62,561 bases of DNA, filler included, from Dugesia japonica (GCA_001938525.1; 5 parts of 5 records of this genome joined end to end with filler, not necessarily neighbours in it), one strand, 5' to 3'; shown: positions 1 through 13,585, counted from the whole stretch's first letter. The notes: generated from the letters alone by a model not told the origin. Translations and numbers: made by a program.

Positions 1-245
1 CGGTAAACTATTTAAATAATTCAGTAAACTATTTAAATAATTCGGTAAACTATGCAAAAATACGAGCAAAAGTTTTGTAATACACATAAATTTACTTGCC
101 CATTAAAAATCCGATAATTCGGCAAACTAATAAAAAGTACTAGCAAAAGTTACGTAATACACATAATTTTACTCGTTTATTAAAAACCCGATAATTCGGT
201 AAAACTTTTAAAATAAATACGAGAACCAATTACGTAATACACACT
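1..245. repeat. degenerate tandem repeat (21-bp units followed by ~77-bp units)
   Basis: CGGTAAACTATTTAAATAATT-like units at 1-50; the block ...GTAATACACATAA...TTAAAAA(T/C)CCGATAATTCGG recurs about every 77 bp. Confidence 0.75.
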
Positions 246-300
246 AATGTGTGTCTTCGGGTATTTACATTGAAAAAGTTATGTAATAAATTTTTACACA

Positions 301-358
301 CGGGGGGGGGGTTCGCTGAATGTGTGCTGGCTACGACTCCTACTATCCATCTACTACT
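301..358 (+). repeat. dispersed repeat after a G-rich tract (possible LTR start)
   Basis: GGGGTTCGCTGAATGTGTGCTGGCTA...TACTATCCATCTACT matches GGGGTTTACTGAATGTGTGCTGGCTA...TACTATCCGTCTACT at ~35617-35665. Confidence 0.55.
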
Positions 359-960
359 TCTTACAAAAATTAACCAATCAAATTCTAACCCTTAAAATAA
401 AATATCAAAGCACATTTGACATACAAAATCTTTTCCATCACATTACCTTTCTAACAAACTATCAACCACAAACTTCCATCAACCCACTGCAAACCTAGAA
501 CCTCCTAAAAATACACCCCGCGATAGTTCATACGACTATTTCTTGGCCCTACCACACTTCTAGGACAAACCATCCATCCAATCTTATAAGTCCTTTAGAC
601 AATATATAGACCAAATCTTTGTCCAACAACAACCAAATCTTAAAAAGTACAAAAAATTATTTCCGTGATCTCCAGCTACCACTCGAATTCAAAAACTTAT
701 TTTACACACACACAACCACACACACAAACTAAACTTGATCTACTTTTTAAAAACCACCTTAGCAACCTAGATACACACAAATTTAAAAATTTTAAAATAC
801 ACACACATAAGCCCAGGATCAAAAAGAAATTTGATCCCATCAAAATATTTTTGATCCAAAAAATCTTAGAAAAAAAATAACCAAAAAGTCTTATGACAAA
901 AATCTTAGCACACTCGTAATGTCCCTTAAAATGTCCTTGTTTTTTTGCGCTACTATTCCA

Positions 961-1330
961 CTACTTTGGTGCTCCAAATCTCAGGATCCATTTTTCCATC
1001 ATCACGTTTTTAATTGTCTCTTGCTTGCTTATTGCCTTTAGGCTTACGTATCGACTGTATTGGTCTATTATTCCACATATATATTTTCTTCTGTTCACAG
1101 TCTCTTGAAAAGGCTCACATATGTCCATATATATCTTTTCAAATGGACAGTTTGCGCTTAATTTTACTGTTGTCTCTTTTGTTGCCACCGTAATTACTTT
1201 ATTCTTTGGCAGGCTTTACACTGTCTTATTACTTCTGTGATTGTCTTCTTCAGTTCTTCCATGTCGTAGTTGTAGATTATTTAGCTGCTACGGAACTCCT
1301 CAGTGAATAAGCATCTTTTGTATCTTGAGA
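961..1330 (-). mobile_element. Ty3/Gypsy integrase fragment (degenerate)
   Basis: CKAC (frameshifted end of the zinc-binding region) precedes PFEKIYMDICEPF...KYICGIIDQYSRYVSLKAI...WILRFGAPK, the start of the rve catalytic core. Confidence 0.9.
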
Positions 1331-2163
1331 AAACCTTATGAAAATGAATCTGTGTGAGTAAATTTGTGAGTGAAATAACAAAAAAGAAAACATGTATCTG
1401 GAGCTTGTGTGGGAGTTCGGGTTACTATGAAAATGGCCTCACGAAATATTTCTATTGAAATTTTGTTGAATTTTATTTTGTTTTCATTGGAGTGATCATA
1501 GTGTATCAATTTTGTGCTAAATTCGGAATAAAAGTTTTATGGCCTTATTTATTAATATATTTTTTATATTTTGACTTATTTATTAAAATGAGCAAAATTC
1601 GAGTTCAATGTTGATATTTTATATATGATCATATTTTTGATATTATCGGATAAGGAAATCTTACGAGGACTTGATCCAGGCGAGAACGAAAAAAGATGGT
1701 GGTTTCATATCGCCATCTTCTTTGGTTTGCTTCTGAGGAGGAGGGAGAAGAATAGATAGGCCGTAGTTCGAAAGTATGTGTCGCAATGACAAGATCCCTA
1801 ATTGGATAATTTATTGATATTTCTAAAATTTAATGGATACATTTTAAATTAGAATAATTTAGCAGTTAAATGACATTTATATTAAAGACGTTCTACAAAC
1901 TAGTTATTGAGTACTGAGCAAAGTGTTGAGTCCACGGTTCAGAGGAGATTATTTTCAAGATGCAATACCACATAGTCGTGCTAAACCCCTGGAAAGGGAG
2001 GCATGGTACATACGTACCCTAAATCCTTGTGGTTTTTAGGTATGCCCTAGACATGAATTTATTCAATAAATGCAGAATCCAGTAGATGAGAGGGAAAGTT
2101 AAACTAAATATTCAACATCAAAATCCTAAAAACCCAACATCTTTATAAAACAAATAATTTAAA

Positions 2164-2525
2164 ATGGCAGGAAATATTACAGCAAAGTCTGTAAAAAAGA
2201 TTTCCAAAGATGTCAAGTCAGATAAAAAGAAAAAAATTCACAAACGTAAAGAAAGTTAAGGTATTTATATATTCAAGGTGTTAAGACAGGTTCATCGTGA
2301 TACTGGAATTTCTGGTAAATCCATGTCAATTATGAAATGTTTTGTCAATAATGTATTTAAAAGAATCGCTATTGAAGCTGACACATAAGCAGCTACAATA
2401 CAAAATCAACGATTGCAAGCAGAGAGATTCAAACTGCTGTTAAATTGGTTTTACCAGGAGAATTAGCAAAACATGTCGTAAGTGCAGTAACAAAATCAAT
2501 CACTAAATATACTGGATCATAGTAA
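2164..2525 (+). pseudogene. H2B: histone H2B pseudogene
   Basis: MAGNITAKSVKK...[30 protein letters not shown]...F then a frameshift into [38 protein letters not shown]. In-frame TAA at 2257 replaces the conserved Tyr. Confidence 0.95.
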
Positions 2526-2554
2526 AAATCTTTGATGATCTGAGAACAAATAAC

Positions 2555-2570
2555 GGTCCTCTTTAAGATC
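2555..2570 (+). promoter_or_regulatory. degenerate histone 3' stem-loop
   Basis: GGTCCT-CTTT-AAGATC preceded by AAC, ~30 nt after the H2B stop; fits the 6-bp stem / 4-nt loop with one mismatch and one G-U pair. Confidence 0.7.
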
Positions 2571-3278
2571 ATAAATAATAAATATATTTATTTAGTTGTT
2601 TGTATTAGTTTTGTGATTATGTAATATTTAAATATGTATCAGTTTTTCAATCTCGAAATGAAAATATTGTATATTTTTATAGATTTATTTATGATTATTT
2701 AATTTTTTGAAATAATATTTAATGTTACAAATTCAATATATGTTGAACANNNNNNNNNNNNNNNNNNNNNNNNNNNNNNNNNNNNNNNNNNNNNNNNNNN
2801 NNNNNNNNNNNNNNNNNNNNNNNNNNNNNNNNNNNNNNNNNNNNNNNNNNNNNNNNNNNNNNNNNNNNNNNNNNNNNNNNNNNNNNNAATCACTACAAGA
2901 CTTTCAACTATAAATTCTATTGAAATCTGTATCAGTTAAACCTCTAGTTAAATGTATCTATGTATTAAGCTTTATACTTCGAGAATACAGAATAACTGTT
3001 TATTGTTAGATGCTTGTTAAGATTCTTTACAAGACTTCTTTACCCTAATCAGATTGTAAATTGTTTTGATGTTCTTCAATGGATATTGATTTGAATTTAG
3101 CTCCCATTTCACTAGCAGATATTGACTTATAAATAGTATAAATAGCTATTGCAGACTAACTGAATACATCAACAAGTCAAAATTTACATAAACCCTTTTT
3201 TATTTCTTGGAATCATCACATCAAATAAATTTACTATAAGTCGTTTATACTATTTTCCATAGTAACCAGACAATTAAA

Positions 3279-3328
3279 CACACAGACAAATCGACACACG
3301 AACAAATCGACACATAGACAAATCGTGT
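3279..3328. repeat. 16-bp tandem repeat running into a gap
   Basis: ACAAATCGACACA(C/T) units, three copies. Confidence 0.7.
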
Positions 3329-4414
3329 NNNNNNNNNNNNNNNNNNNNNNNNNNNNNNNNNNNNNNNNNNNNNNNNNNNNNNNNNNNNNNNNNNNNNNNN
3401 NNTTTCATTCTAAAGCATTTGGATAAATTTTTGAATATGTTCAAGTGATTTCTCTTTGATTGATTCTTAAGTTTCTTCTTTATTTTTTTCTTAATCTTTT
3501 TTTCGAATCTGTTTTAAAAATTTTATTTTTATGTTACTTAATTCTTATTTTGTTAATCCATGCTCTTTATCAGCACTTTTATGACAGTATTTTCCTTAAA
3601 TATTAATTTAAATAAATTTGATTTCAATAACTGATATACAAACAATGATTTACTACTACCGTTAGTACTAATAATTTTATATACAGTATCATTTCTTAAT
3701 TTTTCATTCTATTTTATATGCATCATTTATTGCCTTGTTTATAAAGTTCAAACGAATAAACAATCTATGTTGTATTATTTACCTACTCTTAAATATATGT
3801 TTAGTTGATAGCTCATTATAAACACAACACAGAAAATGAATTGATGCGCCACTAGCATTTGCGATGAGAATTAAGCATGTTTTTATAGTAGTCCTTTAGG
3901 TAATGTAAAACAGTTTGAGGCTTATCCGAATGGAATAAAAATCCTTTAAGAAATATTAATACTTATAAATATAAATACAATTATAATTTATCTCATGGTA
4001 GAAATATTTTTCGATAGATGTTCTTTAAGTAATGTATAAGAAGTATTTTATAATAACCAAATTTCAATAAAATAATATCAATTTTATACTAAACTCGTTA
4101 AATCATATAAATATAAACAATTTTAATTAAATATACAATTTATTGAGAATTATACATAAATTTATGTTTTAGGTCAATCGGAAAATTATGGTGGATTTCG
4201 AATCCAAATTTTAAACTATCATAGCTAAGTCCGTTTCTATTGACTAAAGCCGGTTGTTTTACACCAATTTATTGTGCATTTCCTCAAAATGCTTTGAGTA
4301 CCGTGAGATTATCATGGATTTCAAATATCTGAGATTTTTAATTTTTATATATAATATTAAAATTGGTTTTTTAAAATACAAATTAATTGGATAAATTCTA
4401 TATATTATATTATG

Positions 4415-4770
4415 CAAAATTATAAAATTATAAAAATTATTTTGTAAACTTATGTTTAAAAATAATTAAATATATCTGTAAAATAAAAGTATTTTTAAAT
4501 TAAAGTCGATATTTTATATTATGTTAAATTATAAAATTATAAAAATTATTTTATAAAATTAGATTTAAAAATAATTAAAGAGACAGGTAAAATAAAAGTA
4601 TTTTGGAATTTAAAAAATCAATATTTTTGAAAAATATTTTATTAAGATTTCTTAGATTATTTGTTGAATATTGTGCATTGTGCTTTATCATTTTTAATTT
4701 TAATAAAAAAATTGTAATAATCAATAAGCAATTTATGGAGATTTGTGAGACTTTGAATTTAAGTAATAAG
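4415..4770 (+). repeat. AT-rich dispersed repeat with internal duplication
   Basis: 4600-4768 matches the reverse complement of ~57830-58000; AATTATAAAATTATAAAAATTATTTT...AAAATAAAAGTATTTT occurs twice. Confidence 0.75.
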
Positions 4771-5971
4771 TACGATATCACATGGATTGTTTCGCCAGGC
4801 TGATTGTAAGAAAAGTGAATAATATAATATATAATGTAATAGCACAGGTATATGCACATATAAACTATCAAATTTTTGTTATACAATAAGCATATTGAAA
4901 ATTTTCAAGATATTCAATTTCAAATAGTAAATTGTTCAACAAAATCGAAAAGCGTTCAGATAGACTACACAGTTTGTAAAGAAAATCTGGATACCACACA
5001 AATAAGCTGTTAGAGTTTTCGTTTGTATTCGATTATAGACTATGTTCGCTTTTCCAGAATATCATTTAAAGAAGGTTGATTTCTACCCAAAAATCCATTA
5101 ATAATTGGTAAATTTTCATCGGATCTGTCGATACAAACTTTATTTATCTCCTAATTATTTTTAAAAAAGTATTTACAGGATTAAAAATTCAATGAAAATA
5201 TAAATATTGAAAATCTAAAAAAANNNNNNNNNNNNNNNNNNNNNNNNNNNNNNNNNNNNNNNNNNNNNNNNNNAAAAAAATTCTCAAAGTCTAGATCAAT
5301 ATTTTTCAACTTATTGTCCGCAATAAAAGTTTAGTCATCTGTGAACTTTTTTATATTTATTACATAATTTTATAACCTGTTAATGTATTATTATTCATTT
5401 TGAGTCGGAATAATAATGCATACAATTGAGAAAACTGATCACTTACTTACAGAACAAAGTCGTATGTATTCGTCTCCTACAACTGCGAGTTAAATTTTGG
5501 CAACACTGCAAATCGTATGAAATTGGGGTTTTGTTATCATGCACCTAAAATTAAGGTAATTAATCTAAAAAATATCAACACTTTCTAAAATTCTTTTATG
5601 AAATTGTCTATTTAGTGTGCAATACAAGCTTAACATTTTTATTGGTCCGCAGTAGCAGTTGTTTTGAAAAACACTGGTTAAGATAAAATTATTTAATAAC
5701 GAATCATAAATTAATCTTTTAATTTAATTTTCATTTAATTTTATTAATTTTATAAATATATCAATATATTCATTGATATTAATATTAAATAGTCAATATT
5801 AATTATAGAAATAATTTATAAGTATTTTTATAATATTTATAACAAAATAAATGATTTATTTTTTCTGAAAAAAAACCGAAAATCAAATTACGTAATCCCC
5901 TTTCGAATTGATTTTATTTGAATAAAATAATTGATAATTTATTATTAAAAAATTATGTTGAATTTGTCAAT

Positions 5972-7489
5972 ATGAAAAAGAGTATGAATAGAAAAAATCA
6001 TTCTAAATCAAAAAGATCATTGAGAACAAATAATGGTAAAAATAAATCGAAATACAATTTTTTTCAAACTGAAAACGGAAATGATAGCAAAATTCTAGCT
6101 CAAATCAAAGATAAATATATCAAGAAATTACGAGATTATTTTTTATTTTCAGAATCTATGTTTTATAATCGAGAATATCTAGCATGGTATTTTTCAATAA
6201 AATCCAATAATGAAGAATCTGTTAAAATTTCTTTACATATTAAAATGCCATCGATGATTTCATGGAAACAATTCAATTATCATAAATTAATTGGTCAAGG
6301 CAGTTTTGGTAAAGGGTTTATTGCTTCTATTCGATATAGTGTTGAAGATGAAAATAAAAAAAGAATAAAAATTTGTTTAATAAAAATGATTGGAGCTCGT
6401 AAAGGAGATGATTTACAGAATCACTATTCTCAACTAATCAATGAAAGAGACAGTTTAATTCGTTTGTCTGGAATTTGGACTCCGAAACTTTTTGCTTGCT
6501 TTATTGAAAGGAAATTGGCGGCAATTTTCGTTCAGGAATTCATTGATGGAGAAACAATAACATACATAAAGAAATTAATTAAAATAGATAATGGAATGGA
6601 TTTATATCCTTTATTAATATCGTCTATCATGAATGAAGAAACAGTTATTGATATTCCTTTTCTTACTCAGCGTCAATTTGAAATTGTACAATTCTATATA
6701 GCTGAATTATTGGGAGCTCTAAAATTTATACATGAACAAGGAGTATTACATAGAGATTTAAAGGAAAATAATATTTTGCTTACTTGTTCCGGTCATTTGA
6801 AATTAATAGATTTCGGCTTAGCAAAACGAAAATGTTCGTTGTATGAATTTAAAGAGAAATGTTCCTATTCCTCTGATTGTTCAACGGCCCATTTACTGGA
6901 GCCATACTTATCTACTCCGCGTAGAATGTGGGGCAACAGATATTATGCAGCTCCGGAATATATAAACAACGAAAAAGAAGAGTTTGATGATAAAGGCGAC
7001 TATTGGGCTGTCGGTGTGATATTTTTCCATTTGATATTTGGATGTCGTCCATATCAGCATATTATTTCTGACAAAGTAAAAGAATTGTCAGATTTTATTT
7101 CCAATTGGAAAACGAAAAGTTTCATGAAAAAATCGATTTTCAAACAACGTTGTAAAAAATATCCGGAACTTATTACAGCGTTTTTCTACTTGATCAGTGA
7201 TGAAAATACACGTTTACATGATACAATGGTTGATTCCAATCAAAAATGGCATCCGCAAAATTGGTCACTATTTAAAAAGTTCAATTTATTAAAGATGTTT
7301 GATTATCAACCTCCTGTAAAAATTCCATCAAATAAAAAAATGTATTCACTTAATAATCATATTTCACTTTCGGTTATAGCAAAATCGTTTACTAAAGAGA
7401 AATATACAGAGCATTTAGACTGTCCCTATTTCAATTTTGTCACTCCGGTCAACAATGAATTGCTTGATGATGTGACAATTTCGAAATAA
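5972..7489 (+). CDS. intronless Ser/Thr protein kinase, AGC-like
   Basis: IGQGSFGKG, CLIKMI, alphaC Glu (NERDSL), HRDLKENN, DFG, YAAPE, DYWAVG; C-tail PPVKIP and YFNFV resemble the AGC PxxP and hydrophobic motifs. First ATG at 5972 (ORF open from 5918). Confidence 0.92.
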   Translation: MKKSMNRKNHSKSKRSLRTNNGKNKSKYNFFQTENGNDSKILAQIKDKYIKKLRDYFLFSESMFYNREYLAWYFSIKSNNEESVKISLHIKMPSMISWKQFNYHKLIGQGSFGKGFIASIRYSVEDENKKRIKICLIKMIGARKGDDLQNHYSQLINERDSLIRLSGIWTPKLFACFIERKLAAIFVQEFIDGETITYIKKLIKIDNGMDLYPLLISSIMNEETVIDIPFLTQRQFEIVQFYIAELLGALKFIHEQGVLHRDLKENNILLTCSGHLKLIDFGLAKRKCSLYEFKEKCSYSSDCSTAHLLEPYLSTPRRMWGNRYYAAPEYINNEKEEFDDKGDYWAVGVIFFHLIFGCRPYQHIISDKVKELSDFISNWKTKSFMKKSIFKQRCKKYPELITAFFYLISDENTRLHDTMVDSNQKWHPQNWSLFKKFNLLKMFDYQPPVKIPSNKKMYSLNNHISLSVIAKSFTKEKYTEHLDCPYFNFVTPVNNELLDDVTISK

Positions 7490-10400
7490 TTGTTTGTCAA
7501 CATTTATATTTTGTTGTTCAATTATTTGACAGCAAAGTCGAGTTTCTTTTAGAAATTTTTTTCAGATTTATTTTTTTAGAATTAAATTGAAACCGGACAT
7601 ATTTGGCCACAAATTCTCAAATTGATTAACAAACAAACAAACTTAAAAATGTGAAAAGAATTTTAAAGTAAAAAAATGATTGTTATGCTCAATGTGTTGT
7701 TTCATCTCTATCATAAATTGTAATTTTTGTATCGTGTTGTAGTTTCGAACACAAGACTCGTTAAAAATATTATTTACTCTTAATTGGATTTACAAAAATA
7801 AATATTTATTCCGATCACAGACAGGGCCGTCTTAAGAAATTTGTTGCCCGTGGCCTACTAAAAATAATGCGCTCCTAAATAACTAATAATAACAAAAATA
7901 TATATTGCAAGAAAAAATTTCCACCCTAAAAGGCTTGCGCCCTAGGTTTCACAAGCTTAATCTACCAACAGTTACAAATTGGTTTATGAGAATTAAAAAA
8001 AGTCAAACAAATGATTTTAAAGAATTTTTAAGGAAAAAATCCAAAAGGAATAAATCGAGTTCAAATTAATATCAAGTTACAAGCTCGAGCAATTGCTCTA
8101 AGACAGCAACATGAGTGCCAAATCGAAAGAGATCCAAATAATTTAAGTAATTTATTAACGCATTTTAATATTATAATTGCAGTTACATAATGTCCAACAA
8201 ATAAATTAATGGGTCAACAGATACAATGGAACTGAAACATTAATAAATTTATTTTTGTGTTTTACTATCTATTTTTACTATTAAACATGTTTTATATAAA
8301 AGTAATAATACAACTAAAGTAATAAAAAGACAAGTAGTGTATAACAAATAAGGCAAGTTGATAATAAAAATTTACTTTATAAAGTTTTGACATTTTTTTA
8401 GTTTTCAAATAAATGAGTCTGAGAATATTTTCTAGTGTCTTGTAACCAATAATTTCAACGGAGATCTTACATAAGTCATCAATATTATAGACATAGTTAC
8501 TATTTTCTTTGAACTTATAAAACAAACATCTATTTGCATTAAATCATCGATTCTTGCAAATAGAATATTCAAAGTTTGAGTATTATTTAGTTCTATTTAC
8601 GAAACCAACACGCTATTGGCACTTCTCTTTAGCTTGATTGATTCTTAAATCATATTAATATTATTTAATGATAAAATAATACATGAAAAGTGTATATCAA
8701 TAACTTCTTGAAGAACACTATTTTATACTTGTNNNNNNNNNNNNNTATTCAACATTTGGTATCAACTACTAAAACATTTTCTTTTGGAAGAGTTGCTTAT
8801 ATTGTAAAATAGTGAATATGACTAAAATTTTAGATTTTTATGTTTCAAAAACATGTGTGCACTCAAATTGATATTAATACAGTAAAATAATTGATTTATT
8901 CTAGAACATTCGAATTATTAATTAAATAAATTAAAATGAATTATTAATTTTCTTTGTCAATGCGACTATTCAAAAATGTTTCTAGAAGGGTTCTAATATC
9001 TCTCAAGCAATGGTAATATTAATATCTGTAGGCAGTCTTTAAAAAACAATAAAAATAATATTATTTAGTAAAAATTTGTCACATTTGGCATATATTTCTG
9101 ACTCCATTTTTTCTTTTATGTCTCTCAAGCCTGTTATATGTTTGTGATCTATAATCATTGCTGATAGTTTCTTATAAATAATATAGCCTACCATGATTTT
9201 TCTATGGATTATCTCTCTTGCCTTTGTTACAACGCCATAAAATTTGTTCTTAGTATTGATTGTTCGGAAATGCCGGTGACTTCTTTCCGAAAGTGTAATT
9301 TTCTGAATCTTGGACACACTTTTTCATCCATTAAAACGTTATCTTTTATATCTATTATAGTGATTTTGTTTTTATAAAAATCATATTAATATTACTGCAC
9401 TTTGTTAATGTTCTATTTACATTAGTATGTACATCATAGTAATATAAAAATCTAGTTTGATATGGTTAATAATCATTTTGAGCATAATTAACTATTACTT
9501 TTAATTTTTATGTTACTTAAAAAAGTTATCATTTTTTACATTTTTATTGCTTAATCCTTATTAATACTACAATCTGACATTATACCTCTTTAATTGATCT
9601 ATGAACATTTTTATGTTCATGGTTATTTATATTACATGATATTTTCCATATAATTAATATTTTTACTTAATTAATTATTTGCCATAATATAAAATATTTA
9701 ATTTTACTTTTCAATGATTTTCTTAATATTTACTCCATGTAAACCAAAAAAAGATTTTCTTGTTTATCATGTCAGATGGAGATTAATTTAATTTTCGAAT
9801 TTCCATCATGTCGCTTGCTGGACGTTGATAATGCACTGACCCTTCAGTTTACTCATGTCAACCTGTCAACCTTATAAATTATCGATTGATTTTCAGAGGG
9901 TATAAATAGCTGTTCATTTTCATTTTGGTGGGCGCCACGCTTGTCAATTATTCAGGTATTATTTTGATTTTATTTTCTATCTTTTTATTAATTATTTTAA
10001 TTAAATTTTATTTATACAATTCACCACAACAGTATTTTAAATATTTTTTAATCTAAATTTGAAAATAATTTTTTTTATTTATATTGACAGTAAAAAAAAC
10101 TATACTTACAACTTAAGCCCGGTGAATTACAAGATGAAATATTAAAATTAAGAATATTAATATTAAAATTTAATATTTTCATTAAAAACAATTTTATAAC
10201 TTTTAAATTAAAAATAATTATTAAAATATCAATTATTTAAATTTTTCCATTTTGAAATTNAAAGCAGAAATTAATNGAAATAGAGAACAAATAAATCAAA
10301 ATTAAAAATTATATTATATTAATTAATTAATTAAATTATGAAATATCACATGATTCGCAAAGGTATATTCGACAAGATAAGCATATAAAATAATGTTTAA

Positions 10401-11095
10401 AAAAAAATTATTAAGAGACAAATTTATTGAGTTAATAATTATTAATCGAAAGTAAAACAAATTGGACTGTAAATAAACACTAATGTAATGAAAACAGTTG
10501 ACTACAGTAGGTTAAAAAATCTAATATCAAAGTAACAGCCGTAAATCAAATGCTGTAAAATTCTTCTAATAAGTTAAAGTGCTGAAAAGGAAAAAAATTT
10601 GCAGTGATCAAATTTAAAAAATAATAAAATAAATTATAAAATATTTTGTAATCAAATTATATGACGGTGGTTGAAAATTTTTTTACTAAAAATAATTGAA
10701 GTATTGAAATAAATTGAGTAAACAAAATATTTGGATTGTGATTATATTATAAAAAATGTATAATTTGTTATATAACCTAACATATAATATTATTAAATAT
10801 ATGTTCGCGTAATATTAAATTTACTATAATAATTTGACAATGGTTCTATTTCATTGTGTAGAGAATGTTATAGAAATCATTTTAACTGCACTACTGTTTT
10901 ATTGAATTTAAGTTACAACTAACAAACTCTTTTCGATAACCCTGTATAACTCTAATAAGATGTAGAATGTTTATGCAAAAAAATATGAAATAATATAATA
11001 ATAAAACTTTTAGTTTATAAATTATTTATAATAAACTCTATCAAAAAATGTTATTAAAAAATTTTGAATAACAAACCGTCGATTTATTCTGTTTT

Positions 11096-11097
<2 letters not shown>

Positions 11098-11163
<66 letters not shown>

Positions 11164-11289
11164 NNNNNNNNNNNNNNNNNNNNNNNNNNNNNNNNNNNNN
11201 NNNNNNNNNNNNNNNNNNNNNNNNNNNNNNNNNNNNNNNNNNNNNNNNNNNNNNNNNNNNNNNNNNNNNNNNNNNNNNNNNNNNNNNNN

Positions 11290-11343
<54 letters not shown>
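11098..11343. repeat. (AAT)n microsatellite spanning a gap
   Basis: Pure AAT run on both sides of the N stretch. Confidence 0.97.
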
Positions 11344-11344
<1 letters not shown>

Positions 11345-11439
11345 TTGATTATAATAATAAACCAAAAATAAACATAGATATAATAAACAAATATGTATAA
11401 TTTTCATAATTTAAGTTCAAAATTATATCTCAGTTGAGT

Positions 11440-12222
11440 TTATTTAACACGATTTCTAATTTGAAAATCATTTTTCCAAGATTTCTCCCAAATCATAAAA
11501 TGATATGATGGTTTAATATTATGCCGTTTAAAATGATTTGAAAATGTTGATTTTCCATTGTTATCATTAATAAAATCGAGAATATCTAAAGCATTTTGTA
11601 AACGATAAGAAGTACAAATCTGTTGAATTGGATTTGGAAAGGTTAATGAATCGTTTCCTTTGTGATTTGATCTATATGAATTGAAACCAGTTTGATTGTT
11701 TTTTATTTTCAAAGTTGGCTCAAAATGTAAACATTTATCATCAATAATTTTCGGTAAAGTTGCAGCTAATTTTTTCGAATCGATTTCTGGCAGTTTTGTT
11801 TGATTTAAATTTTTTAATATCAAATCTTGATAACCTTTCAAGTATGAATATTGTGCCTCGTAAGACATTGTAGCAGGGAAACGCGGATGAATCGGTATGT
11901 CGGTTTCATCAATTTTATTAATGAAATCGTAATCAGTACTGTCTCGACTTTCATGTTTATCTTCTATTAGAGCAGGTGGTTTAGATTTACCTTTAATGAT
12001 GTTAGTAACATTAATTAAACTGATAACTTTTTTTCCGAATTGAGCAAATTTATTATTTTTTTTTTGCACAAATTTTATGTCCAATGATGATTGACTTGAT
12101 CTACTTTTTGTTGATAATAACGACAATCGTCTAAGAGAATTCGAATGTATTAAAGTTCGAGTGGATATTTTCGGATCGGATTTATTAGTTTGTATGGAAT
12201 CAATAGATTTATCATCGGACAT
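11440..12222 (-). CDS. hypothetical 260-aa protein, single ORF
   Basis: ATG-initiated 783-nt ORF in DNA otherwise full of stops; Ser/Lys-rich N-terminus; no motif recognised. Confidence 0.75.
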   Translation of the reverse strand: MSDDKSIDSIQTNKSDPKISTRTLIHSNSLRRLSLLSTKSRSSQSSLDIKFVQKKNNKFAQFGKKVISLINVTNIIKGKSKPPALIEDKHESRDSTDYDFINKIDETDIPIHPRFPATMSYEAQYSYLKGYQDLILKNLNQTKLPEIDSKKLAATLPKIIDDKCLHFEPTLKIKNNQTGFNSYRSNHKGNDSLTFPNPIQQICTSYRLQNALDILDFINDNNGKSTFSNHFKRHNIKPSYHFMIWEKSWKNDFQIRNRVK

Positions 12223-13573
12223 TTCTAAAACGAAATCAAAATATACGGTATTTTAAAAAATATTTTATAAATTAAAAACAGTTTGACTTGTTTTAATGGA
12301 GTGTTTGTTTTCTATACTGTATGCTGATTGGTGATAAGTAATATCGAACAAATAATTCACTAATTTAATATTAACATTCTCATCTTAACTGTTTGAAAGT
12401 TAAATAAGTGAATATTATTTACTCAGTAGCTGAAGGTTTTCAAATGTCATAAAAAATTTATTATCAGAATATTGTGAGATGTACGATCGTATTTCAAATT
12501 TGTGAGCAGATAAATTATGAGATTTTATTAAACTTTACACTGTTTATTTATCATGTGAAACCATAAAGAGCATTATTATGATATCCAACTTTACTTAAAC
12601 TTTTTTATAGTTTCAGTTTCATTTATGTAACCGATGAATACTTTTATTTCTCTTCTGGAATTATAGATTCAAGAACACTGACTCTCTGATCAACTAGGAA
12701 CTTCTGTTTTTGTTGTTTTTCTAAGACTTGTTTTACGATCAACAAAAATCTATATTTATTTTAACATTGATATGCATTGTTAGAGTTTAACGTTTGGGTT
12801 TTAAGTCTGAACCATGCAACCATATTTAGCCATCAATAATTGTTGCGCTTGTATTTATCATTATAAGCTCATCGTTTTCACAATAATGTTGAGGTAAAAC
12901 ACTTGATATATGAAGATAATAATAGCGATAGGTAGAGACAAAATCGGAGAGAATGATTTAAGGAAGAAAAATAAAGAAACCAGAAAATATGAAGTCAAAG
13001 ATCATTTAAAGAAATAAGTAATGAAAGAAAACCAAGATTTAGGAATTAAACCATGCAATAACCAGTAAAACCTTGAAACAAAAAGGGAAACAACTTGGAA
13101 ATGAGGAAANCAAAGAATAAAAAAATGATAGAAGCAGACTGAGAAGATAAAGAAAAACGGCTAATAATAACTGCAGCAAATATTTCATTAAGAAGAATAA
13201 AGAAAATTGATTTTTGATTTTGTTTTGATCGAAGCTTTATCTTATTTTAATGAAAAGAAAATTGAATTAAATTAATAATTAAAGAGGGAATAAATAATTT
13301 AAATGAATTATTTATCGAATTAAAATAAATTTCAGCTTGGAAACGAATAATGCCAATTTAATTAACAAATTAATTGAAAAGAATGTTGGGACAGAACCCA
13401 ACCACATCTGATTATCTTTACGGAATAGTGAGCAATTAAATCTATAATTGGCGGTAAAAGATAAATATTTCGTCATTAAAACAATTATTTATTAAATAAA
13501 ACGTTTCATCGACACAAAACCCACAATCTNNNNNNNNNNNNNNNNNNNNNNNNNNNNNNNNNNNNNNNNNNNN

Positions 13574-13585
13574 TTAATTAATTAA
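13574..13585. other. artificial scaffold-joining linker TTAATTAATTAA (also 22443, 37375, 50252)
   Basis: The same 12-mer with stops in all six frames is flanked by N runs at four places. Confidence 0.9.

Noticed and set aside
2257-2259. TAA at a conserved Tyr of H2B suggesting stop-codon reassignment
   Set aside because: The same gene has a frameshift and another stop, and intact genes here end in TAA; simple decay explains it.
7822-7950. CAGGGCCG hAT-like terminus
   Set aside because: No matching opposite end or TSD found.
11084-11407. poly-Asn / poly-Tyr ORFs
   Set aside because: Translation of the (AAT)n microsatellite and N gap.
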